This document shows positions 10,348-19,200 of a stretch of DNA of 64,000 nucleotides, piece by piece. Made by a program: the position numbers and the translations under genes. The notes beneath the pieces are model-generated. The model had not been told where the DNA came from, did no database searches, and saw only the letters and a list, made by a program, of their open reading frames with translations. The DNA comes from Fimbriimonadales bacterium (GTDB lineage: Bacteria > Armatimonadota > Fimbriimonadia > Fimbriimonadales > ATM1), in assembly GCA_041744215.1 (NCBI GenBank), contig JBGTLG010000041.1, forward strand, positions 64,001 through 128,000, given 5' to 3'. Positions within the stretch are counted from its first letter, which is position 1; each line of letters opens with the position of its first letter.

Positions 10348-11160
10348 TTAGTCCTCCCAATCACACAACTCTTGAAGTCGTTCGGCCGCACGAAGATTTA
10401 GCTTGTGACCTGACCGCTCCGCCGCGACATTTAGAAATCGAGGCGGGATCCCTGCAAGGTATAAGTCGCCAATGCAATCCAGCAATTTGTGACGAGCAGG
10501 TTCGTCGGGAAACCGAGCGGTTGTGCGATATTCGCTAGAACCGAGCACCAACGTATTAGATTCGTTGCCGCCCCTTCCTAGGCCCATCGACTGAATCACA
10601 GCGATCTCTTCTTCAAAAACAAATGTTTTGGCTGGTGCAATCTCCGACAAGTAGCGTTCCTTATTGATCTCAATCTCAAACTCGACTTTTCCTGGCCACC
10701 GCTCGCCCGAATCAAACTCGTACCGCCACCAACCCTCGCCAACAGATATGCTCATCCGCTGGTCGTCCTCCTGCATGTTGATGCGCCCAAACAAACCCGC
10801 GGCGTACTTCATCCCCAACGACTCAAAACCAGCATCCATTAACCCCTTGGCGAACTCAACTGACGAACCATCGAGAATGGGGATCTCATTGCCCTCGACT
10901 TCGATCTCGGCATCCGTAACTTCAAGTGCTGCCATCGCGCTCATCAGGTGCTCGATAGTGCTAACGGTGCCGAGTCTCGTGCACCGACTTGAATCGGTGA
11001 CGTTCTCTGGCACGGCCTCATACCTCTTGCCACTGTGCAGGAAGGCCAAGTCGCGATCACCACTCCTGACGATGGCCCTACAGCTCTCGCCTGAGTGAAT
11101 TCCTATTCCCTCGAAGACCACATCACGCGCAACTGTCTGCCTGGCGAATTCGATCTTCAC
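10348..11160 (-). CDS. lpxC: UDP-3-O-acyl-GlcNAc deacetylase
   Basis: GIGIHSG, TIEHLMSA, EIPILDGS, HKLLDCIGDL, SGHKLN. Confidence 0.95.
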   Translation of the reverse strand: MKIEFARQTVARDVVFEGIGIHSGESCRAIVRSGDRDLAFLHSGKRYEAVPENVTDSSRCTRLGTVSTIEHLMSAMAALEVTDAEIEVEGNEIPILDGSSVEFAKGLMDAGFESLGMKYAAGLFGRINMQEDDQRMSISVGEGWWRYEFDSGERWPGKVEFEIEINKERYLSEIAPAKTFVFEEEIAVIQSMGLGRGGNESNTLVLGSSEYRTTARFPDEPARHKLLDCIGDLYLAGIPPRFLNVAAERSGHKLNLRAAERLQELCDWED

Positions 11161-12200
11161 TGTTGCTTTCCTCTCAGTTCGGCGATCTCTCTCTCGAGCC
11201 GGCGAATCCGGTCAACAATCTCGGGAAGCTTTGCACCCAACAAAAAAGCGCGCATTGCTCCGCGCGCCTCCTGTGCTGGCGTGCCCCAGTACTCGCCAGG
11301 TTCTTGAATGTTCTGCGCTACGCCGGATCTCGGCCCGAGGACGACGTCGTCTGTCACGCTGGTGTGGTCACTAATCGCCGCTGCGCCGCCCATCGTAACA
11401 CGGGCACCGATGTGAGCGCTTCCGCCGATCCCACATTGTCCGGCTATCACGGTGTCGGAGCCAATCTGAACGTTGTGGGCGACCTGAACTAGATTATCAA
11501 TTTTGGTGCCACTACCGATGCTTGTCTCGCCAGCCGTTCCCCGGTCAACAGCTGTCAAAGCGCCGATTTCACAATCGTCGCCGATTCTGACTCCACCGAC
11601 CTGGGGCACCTTCCGGTGGCGCACGCCATCCCAGAAGTATCCAAATCCATCCGCTCCCAAAGTCGCACCGGAATGGACGATTGACCTGTCACCGATCCAC
11701 ACATCGCGATAGAGCACTACATGCGGGTACAGCTTTGCGCCGCTACCCAATCGGCAGTTCTCGCCGACGTAGCAAAAGGGATAGACACGAACATCTGGGC
11801 CGACGTGAACACCCCCCTCGATGACGGTAAACGGCCCAATTCGTGCAGACCTGTCGATTGAGGCTGCCGGGTCAACCACTGCTGTCGAGTGTATGCCTTC
11901 GCTTAAGGGCAACTCATTCCAGGCGATCGCGAGCAGTCGCCCAAAAGCTTCGCGAGGCGAGCGACAGCGGATGTGGGGTTTTGTGCAGTCTGCCTCGCCC
12001 AATGCGACGATGACCGCGGCAACGCTCGAAGCTTCGGCGGCTGCCATGTACTGAGCAGATTCTGCGAACGTGATGCCGGTCGGGTCATCGTAGCCCGCTG
12101 GGACGGGGCGGCCGATCCTAAGCTCCGATGGACCATGGAGTTCACCACCGACGATTTCGGCGATGTCGGATAGTGTCCAAGTTAGGGATTCCTGAGCCAA
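11157..12200 (-). CDS. lpxD: UDP-3-O-acylglucosamine N-acyltransferase
   Basis: Hexapeptide repeats, GADGFGY, VPQVGGV, KIDNLVQVAHNV. Confidence 0.95.
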   Translation of the reverse strand: MAQESLTWTLSDIAEIVGGELHGPSELRIGRPVPAGYDDPTGITFAESAQYMAAAEASSVAAVIVALGEADCTKPHIRCRSPREAFGRLLAIAWNELPLSEGIHSTAVVDPAASIDRSARIGPFTVIEGGVHVGPDVRVYPFCYVGENCRLGSGAKLYPHVVLYRDVWIGDRSIVHSGATLGADGFGYFWDGVRHRKVPQVGGVRIGDDCEIGALTAVDRGTAGETSIGSGTKIDNLVQVAHNVQIGSDTVIAGQCGIGGSAHIGARVTMGGAAAISDHTSVTDDVVLGPRSGVAQNIQEPGEYWGTPAQEARGAMRAFLLGAKLPEIVDRIRRLEREIAELRGKQQ

Positions 12201-13171
12201 GAAGTGAACTCCGCTGTCTTGTCCGGCCCGAAGTGGGGTCCAGCGGCCAGTTTGTACCCGCGAACCCGAAGAAAAATGTCGAGTTTTGCTGCCAAAACGC
12301 CATTTCTTTGCTCATCACGAATGAAAGTTTGTGATTCGGCCATGCTGGCATCGACCGCTTCAACATGCAGTTCTTCCGGCGGCTGCGGCTCCAGGCTCAG
12401 TCGATTTGAGTCAAGAAGCGGGGGGAGGGCAGCCCTATTGGTCTCTCGGAGTCGATCTCGAACCATCTCGGCCGCACGCGAATCGGCGCGGCTTAGGATC
12501 GCACGGACCTCCGACTCGATGCGCACCCCTTCGCCCAGGTTCAATTCGCGAACCTGCGCAAGAATTGCTTCGATCCGCCGGTCAGTCTCAGCTTCGTCCT
12601 CGCGAATCTTAGCGTGGAGTTCACGTCCCTCGGAGCTCCATTCGCGGAGTAAGCGCGACCTTGACAACTCTTCTTCCGAGTACCCTCTAACAGTCGGCCA
12701 CCCCACCAGTAGCGCAGCTCGAACTATCATTCGCGCGCGATTTGGAGTTCGGTCGCGGACGACCTGCGAGATCTGCTCCATTGCGGCGTCCGCGCGAGCG
12801 CGTATGGCACCCGATAACGATCTCCGAATGGAGTTCACTTCCGCCTCCGCTTCGACGAGGACAACGCGCCGGTAGTTTTCTTCCAATTCGTTTTGAAGTT
12901 CGAGAAACTCCCGCTCCATGAGTGCTAGCGCTCCTTCTCTCCTCCCTTCTGCCGACTCCTTACCGCGCATGCTGGGCGCTACGCCTGGAATGCCGAAACT
13001 CTGGGGGCCAGTTCGATAGTCCTTGCTCGGAACACGAGAAAAGAAGCCGGGCAACTCCACATCGGACGGCACCCGGCTCAAATCAACCCAAACAACTGGT
13101 TCGCGTTTTGCGCAGCCCGAGCAAATCGCAAGGGTGCTAAGGGCTATCGGTATCCATTTGCTTGATCGCAT
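12182..13171 (-). CDS. Putative lipoprotein with an elongated OmpH/Skp-like coiled coil
   Basis: From ATG 13171: MRSSKWIPIALSTLAICSGC (lipobox), VVWVDLSRV, long E/R-rich helices, C-terminal GYKL...DKTAEF; lies between skp and lpxD. Confidence 0.6.
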   Translation of the reverse strand: MRSSKWIPIALSTLAICSGCAKREPVVWVDLSRVPSDVELPGFFSRVPSKDYRTGPQSFGIPGVAPSMRGKESAEGRREGALALMEREFLELQNELEENYRRVVLVEAEAEVNSIRRSLSGAIRARADAAMEQISQVVRDRTPNRARMIVRAALLVGWPTVRGYSEEELSRSRLLREWSSEGRELHAKIREDEAETDRRIEAILAQVRELNLGEGVRIESEVRAILSRADSRAAEMVRDRLRETNRAALPPLLDSNRLSLEPQPPEELHVEAVDASMAESQTFIRDEQRNGVLAAKLDIFLRVRGYKLAAGPHFGPDKTAEFTSWLRNP

Positions 13172-13769
13172 CCTGTGTGATGTCGTTTGCCGAGTAAACG
13201 GCGACGCTCGCCTCGAAAACGAGCGTGAATCCGCCACGTTGCGCTACTTTTTGGGACGCAACTCGCGCCTTTTCTATGACTTCCTGCTGAGACTGTTGAG
13301 CCAGTTGACCCATTTCGCCGCCAAAGTCTTGGTTCCAGTCGCGCGCCATCTCGAGAGCTTCATTCGCCATAGCAGAAAGCTCGTTGGCTCGCTGAAGCTG
13401 TGCTGGCTGAGGGTTCGTTAGCCGCATTAACGTTTCCAATTCGTTCTTCTGACTACGAATTGTGTCCTGTAAACGCTTGAGGTCATCCTGTTGTGCGGCT
13501 GTCGGACTTGCAATCAGCATGAGGTCCTTCAATTGTGATCCTTGTGCCCGCGACAAGACTCGGTTTTCCGATACGAACTGCAGCAGCGCGGTCATCTTGT
13601 TGCGTCGTCCGTCAAACTCTGCTCGCTTCCGCATACCCAGCTTGGAATCCTCAGCGACTTTGCCAAGGTCCACTACTCCGAACTTCATAGTATTGCCCTG
13701 GAACGCGGCTAGCGCTACAAACGCAATCGCAATCCCTATGATAGTCACGATAACTCGGTTTGGTTTCAT
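13137..13769 (-). CDS. skp: OmpH/Skp outer-membrane chaperone
   Basis: Signal peptide, KFGVVDLGKV, coiled coil, GFTLVF...VYSANDITQ; downstream of bamA. Confidence 0.85.
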   Translation of the reverse strand: MKPNRVIVTIIGIAIAFVALAAFQGNTMKFGVVDLGKVAEDSKLGMRKRAEFDGRRNKMTALLQFVSENRVLSRAQGSQLKDLMLIASPTAAQQDDLKRLQDTIRSQKNELETLMRLTNPQPAQLQRANELSAMANEALEMARDWNQDFGGEMGQLAQQSQQEVIEKARVASQKVAQRGGFTLVFEASVAVYSANDITQDAIKQMDTDSP

Positions 13770-13806
13770 ACGTTGTGCTCCTTAGATTGTAGATCGAGCT
13801 TTTGGC

Positions 13807-15591
13807 TCAGAAAGACCCACCGATTAGGAAGTGCGTCTTGGCTTTTCCTTCCTTGTTGATTCCGACATCCAGACGAATTGGCCCGAAAGGTGTTTTGAAA
13901 TTGACTCCAATGCCATAGCCCAAATTCATGTTGAGCTTGTTGCTCTGCGTGAAAGTGCGAATCCCCGGGTACCCGCTCCAGGCGCCTCCCCAATCCACGA
14001 ACCCAATCACATTAAATGCCTTTTGGATTGGATGACGATACTCAAGTTGGAACAAGAGCGCGTGTTTACCCCAGAATCGATCCTCGTCGTAACCGCGAAC
14101 TCCGCCCGATCCACCCACAAAGTATTGCTCGAAGAAGGGGGGCTCACCGACAATCGTCGCTGCAAAGGCCCGAAATGCTAAGACCTTCCGAGGTTCATCA
14201 AATTCTTCAATCGTTCGTGGTTTTTCGCTGCTTGAATAGACACGATAGTCAATCGATGTTCGCAGATACAATCGCTGGCCAAGACTATCGAATCCTACGT
14301 TCTGCCCGCCAACGCTCGTGATGTTGCTGAAGTTAGGCTCAACAGATACTCGTAACCAGTCCCCACGAGCTGGGTCCTGGTTGAAGTCTCGACGATTGCG
14401 CGTGATCCCAAGATTCAAACCTGCTGTAAATCCATCTTGAAACACAAACTCTTCGCCGGGATCGACGACAAAGTCGCGAGTGTTGATGTGCTGTGCCTCA
14501 AAACCGTAGAAGTATCGAGTGATCCGGTCTGCAACGCTTGAAAACATCAAGTTGCCACCAGTCATCCGTTGGGAGAACCTGCCTAATGGCCCGCCCTCGG
14601 ATCCAAAGAGTGAACTGCCAAACACAAGTGTCTCGCGAGAGAATATGCTCGCGTTTAGGGATGTTCGCTTCCGATCAACAAATGGGTCGCCGTAGTCGAG
14701 AGTGATGCTTGTGCCCAATCCTTGTGCAGACTGCAGAAGATTTACGCCGACCGATTTACCCGTCCCATTGAAGTTGCTGTCGTTTAGCGTGAACAGGCCC
14801 GCAAGGCGGTTCTTCGGGTCAAGTTGTAGACCCACGTTGAAGCTGCCTGTCCTTGTTTCTTTTAGATCAATCTTGACGACTACCTTCCCGAGCGAGTCTT
14901 CTGAGTCGATTACGTCTGGTCGAATCTCCTCAAACCACCGCGTGTCTGCGAGTCGCTTGAGGTCTTCTTGTAACTGTGTGAAGTTGAGGATCTGATTTTC
15001 TTCAGTGTCTATCGCTCGGCGAACGACTCCTGGCCGGGTTCTCGTCAGTCCCGTGATCTCGACTCTCTCGATGCTGGCCTCAGTCACCGTAACCTTGAGG
15101 ATTGAAGGATCTTCCATCAACGGCTCGTATTCAGTAACCCGGGCGAAGTAGCCCTGCCTTCGGTACAACTCGGAAACGCCGCGAGCATCCTGCTCAAGCA
15201 CGTTCGGATTGAAAACCTGTCCCACCCTGTTCCTTAGGGCGCCTGTGATCATCTCTGTGGGAACGACAGTATTCCCTTCGACTCGAATCGCGGTGATCAC
15301 CTCCCATTCAACTACTTCGACAACGACTCTCCAACGTCCATTGTCCAGAAGTTGACCATAAACCTTGACATCCTGAAACTGATTTGTGTTCTCAAGAGCT
15401 TGCTTGTCGCGAGCTAGCTGCGTGGGTTGATAAACTTGTCCCACCTTGCTCCCAATGATGTTGACTATCAGCGCTTCGGATACGGCCTTGTTGCCGCGCA
15501 CGACAACCTCACCAATCAGTTCGTTGCCCTGGCTGATCGCTGGGGTAGTGGCAGAAAGCAAAATGAAGAGGCAAATGAGTGGTCTGGTCAA
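13807..15591 (-). CDS. bamA: BamA/Omp85 outer-membrane assembly factor (about 3 POTRA domains)
   Basis: Signal peptide, POTRA repeats, NFNGTG, VRGY, FKTPFGPIRLD, C-terminal Phe. Confidence 0.92.
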   Translation of the reverse strand: MTRPLICLFILLSATTPAISQGNELIGEVVVRGNKAVSEALIVNIIGSKVGQVYQPTQLARDKQALENTNQFQDVKVYGQLLDNGRWRVVVEVVEWEVITAIRVEGNTVVPTEMITGALRNRVGQVFNPNVLEQDARGVSELYRRQGYFARVTEYEPLMEDPSILKVTVTEASIERVEITGLTRTRPGVVRRAIDTEENQILNFTQLQEDLKRLADTRWFEEIRPDVIDSEDSLGKVVVKIDLKETRTGSFNVGLQLDPKNRLAGLFTLNDSNFNGTGKSVGVNLLQSAQGLGTSITLDYGDPFVDRKRTSLNASIFSRETLVFGSSLFGSEGGPLGRFSQRMTGGNLMFSSVADRITRYFYGFEAQHINTRDFVVDPGEEFVFQDGFTAGLNLGITRNRRDFNQDPARGDWLRVSVEPNFSNITSVGGQNVGFDSLGQRLYLRTSIDYRVYSSSEKPRTIEEFDEPRKVLAFRAFAATIVGEPPFFEQYFVGGSGGVRGYDEDRFWGKHALLFQLEYRHPIQKAFNVIGFVDWGGAWSGYPGIRTFTQSNKLNMNLGYGIGVNFKTPFGPIRLDVGINKEGKAKTHFLIGGSF

Positions 15592-15607
15592 CGGTTCCTC
15601 CGAAGCG

Positions 15608-16144
15608 TCATGTTTTCAAATATGGAGCAAGGCGCTGGCGCAGCTGCTGGCGCGCACGCGCCAGGCGACTACGAACCGCCTCAACGGTGATATCCATCGA
15701 TTGGGCGATTTCTTCATAGGATAGCCCCTCGATGTCGCGCAATACTACGCACTCGCGGTAGCCGAGGGGCAAACTTTCGATCGCCTCGGTCAAATGAGTC
15801 CTCAATTCCGAGATCTCGGCCGACCTCTCTGGATCTGCCGTTCGATCTGGCAAGTCCATCGTTTCCTCGCCGTCCCCAGACTCGAGGGGTTGTTCGCGAT
15901 CGCGCCTTCGCCCGACCTTGGCGAGACGATCCTTGTTCAAGTTGATTAGAATTCGGTACAGCCATGTGTAAGCTTGCGACTCTTTCCTAAACTTTCCCCA
16001 GGCACGGAACGCCCGCAGGAACGTATCTTGGACGAGTTCTGCCGCCTCATCTGGGTTCGATGTCAGGCGCAAAGCGACGCCATAAAGCCGCCGCTCGAAG
16101 AGGGAGACAAGTTTCTCAAATTCCCTCTCGTGGCTGCCTAGCAT
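15608..16144 (-). CDS. ECF (sigma-24-like) RNA polymerase sigma factor
   Basis: AAELVQDTFLRAF, YTWLYRILIN, LRDIEGLSYEEIA, VRSRLARAR; ATG 16144 preceded by SD AAGGAGG. Confidence 0.92.
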   Translation of the reverse strand: MLGSHEREFEKLVSLFERRLYGVALRLTSNPDEAAELVQDTFLRAFRAWGKFRKESQAYTWLYRILINLNKDRLAKVGRRRDREQPLESGDGEETMDLPDRTADPERSAEISELRTHLTEAIESLPLGYRECVVLRDIEGLSYEEIAQSMDITVEAVRSRLARARQQLRQRLAPYLKT

Positions 16145-16169
16145 GGTCGCCTCCTTGCGTCCTGGTGCG

Positions 16170-16197
16170 TTAGACCTTGCTCCATTGGATTCGTTTC
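16170..16197 (-). promoter_or_regulatory. Candidate ECF-type promoter GAAAC-N17-GTCTAA
   Basis: Lies in the short gap between the tamB stop and the sigma SD; AAC -35 and GTC/TCTAA -10 are typical of ECF promoters. Confidence 0.55.
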
Positions 16198-16211
16198 GCG
16201 AGACCGGGACC

Positions 16212-19200
16212 TTAGAACCGACCGGAGTATCCGAGAGAGGCCCTCCAGAGTCCTTCTCCATCTATGCCGAAAGCCAGGTTTAGACGATTCAGAAGCGAAC
16301 CGCGCAGGGGTGGACGATAGATTATCTGAATCAATTCGATTGCACGAGTCCTCGGAGATTCGTCAATTGGCCGACGGTATTCCAGCGTGAAACCATTTCC
16401 GATCGACTTGCCAAGCGTGACAACTCCGCTTGCTCCCTGGCTGAAATCGATGAACACGTAATCCAATCCGAAGGATCGCTCGATGCCCTGCGTCAGCGGC
16501 GCGAGAATGTTCGGAGCTGCCAGGCTCAGAATATCCCTCAACTGCGCTTCAAAGTTCCCCGAGATCGCCCCGCCGATCGATTCGAATAGTTGTCGCTGGC
16601 CGAGAATCGCGAAGATCTGATCGCGTGACAGGTCGGGGGGGTCTGAATTGGCTTCGATTCGCAACTCGTCCCGTGAAAGAACATCACCTGAAACGTTTAG
16701 GTTAATCGTGTATCTTTGAATATTAAGGCCATTGAAAGCGGTTGCCCTGGTGGTCGCGTCAAAATCAACCTGGAGCGTTGGCAATGTCTGACCGGTGAAG
16801 TCGGCACCATACTTGAAATGCGCGACCCCACCCTGCTCGATGCCTATGCGATGCGTAGGCAAAGAGATCGCGCCAGACTGAATCGTGAACAGCATATCAG
16901 CCAGCGGATTCGAAAGGCTGCCCAATAGAAAACCGGTCGCATCAACTTCGGCACGCAACACACCGCTCCGAAATGATCCGTTGTTTATTCGAATCGCGCG
17001 AATTGCGAAGTTGGGATCGATTGGCAACACACCGGTGCCTTCACCCGAAGGCACATCACCATCTAAAACAAGCGAGGCATTGTCGATTGAGATAACCGCG
17101 TGGTCGCTTCCAATTGTTGGCGTTAGCAATGACCCCGAAACATTAACCCCTGTTGTCGAGACTACCGCGCGCAACACATTGCCATCACCGAATCGTTGAG
17201 AGATCGGTAGTGCCGTAAGATTCAACTCTGTTTCCGACGTGAACGCATCCGCGATCACGTCGTATCCGCCCCTAACGAAAAACTCGCCACCATTGACCGT
17301 TGAGCCGCTCACGTCGAGACCTATGATATGGCCAGACTGCAATCGCAGTTCAGCGCTTGGAACGACTAGAACAGTGTCCATGCCGTTAAACTTGAGTCGC
17401 TCCGCGTTAGCCGAGAGAGTGCCATCTACACGCCACTCGGCTTTAGTCCCTGACACAGTCAGGGATCCGCCGGTAAACGTGCCACGCGTCTCCTCCGTAT
17501 CGAGTCCCCCGAAAAAGCGGGAAAGCGCGTTCAGGTCACGGGACGGAACATCGATGAGAGCGAAGATGGACTCCCCATCGGGGACCTCAAATGGATACCG
17601 GAAGGGAACTCGTGCTTCGATCAACCTTGCCTCGAGCCCCCTCACTCCAAGCTGGCCGCCGTCGGCGACGATTTCCCCATCCGAAATCGATATGCGATCA
17701 ATAGCGAAAGCGTCAACGGAGTACTGATCAAAGGCCAAGTCACGGCCATTCACCGATGCGATGATGTCTGGCGAACTGGTCTTGCCGAACACCAGAAACG
17801 GAACCTGTACCACGCCACGAATACCTGCTAGCTCGGGCCAAAGATTCGGGAGCCAATCAAGATCAATTCTTGAAAACTCCCCGTCGAGCTGTAGGTCGCC
17901 CAATTCTTCAATGAAGTTGTCACGGTCTTTGTTCAGCGCAAACCGAACGGGACCTCCTTCGAGAGATGCACGCTCGATGGTCCACTTTCCGTCCTGCCGA
18001 TCTGCGCTCACATCTAAAACTCCGAGATCGAGAGATCGAAACTTGATGTCCGAAACAGTCAGTGCAATCGCGGTTCGCCACTCTTCGAGCGTTCCACCAA
18101 AGTGTGCGATGGCAGTAACTGACGCTTCCGTTTCCGCGATCATCTCCCTCAGGGCTGGCGGGGCGAGGTCCAGCAGTTCGTCGCTAAAAGCTCGGTACAA
18201 CGGAACGGTCGAAAAGCGGAGCATTGAAATCGATCCCGAAATGTCCTTTGTCGACCAATCCACTGACGCATCTTCTGCAACAATGAATCCGTCAAGACTG
18301 CCAATCGCGCCATTGACAAGTATCCGAGTGTCTTCCAGTGTCACTTCTAAGTCGCCAGAACCGACAGGAACGCCGTCAAGCTCGATATCTTCAGCACGAA
18401 TTGAGACTTGCCCACTCGTCGGCACAGCGTCCAAAAATGTCAGCGCACCGGTGAGGTCGATCGTCCCGGTCATCGATGTGTTGGGGCCGATGTAAGAACG
18501 CAGGCTCTCTGCAGGCAGATTTGCACCCGAAAACGCGATCACACTTTCGCCGTGCAACGCCACCGTTCCCGATGCGCTGAACTTTCCGTCCCCGACCATA
18601 GCTGTGAGTTCCTCCAGATGAACTGCGCCGGCTCGCCATTCGAAACGCGCACCAAGCGAGTTGGCGGTAATGAGGTCAATGAGCGCATTGGTTGCGCTCA
18701 GCTCGGCGCGGACGATTGGATCACCCAGCGTGCCGGATGCGGACCAACTTCCGGATGCGAGGCCATAGATCCGTGAATTCGGAAAGTAGTAAAGCACGGA
18801 TGCGTCGTTGACAAGCCCTCTTCCCGATAGCAGGCCCCCAGAAACTAAGCTCAACTCAATCTCTCCGGTCAACTGGCCGACCCCCGCACGTATGTCGATG
18901 CCTCTAGCAAACAACGTGTCGTCAGCTACCCGCAATGAGGCGGCAGAAAACGGGAGCGAATATCCATTGATGAAAGCATCGTAGACTTCGGCGTCAGCCT
19001 CAGCGATTGGTTTTTGGAGACTGCCTTTGATTGACCCTTGTGCAAAGACTGTGCCTGATGCAGGCGAGGATGGGAACAGGCCAAGCGAAACCGAAAAGGC
19101 CTCGAACTTAAAGTCAAGAGATTCGTCGTGAAGTCCGAAGAAGCCACTCGCGCGAACTGAGCCGCTGGGTCCTGCCAGCTCAACTATCTTGAAATCAAAT

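Noticed and set aside
16145-16261. N-terminal extension of the ECF sigma factor
   Set aside because: It overlaps tamB and the candidate promoter; ATG 16144 has a strong SD.
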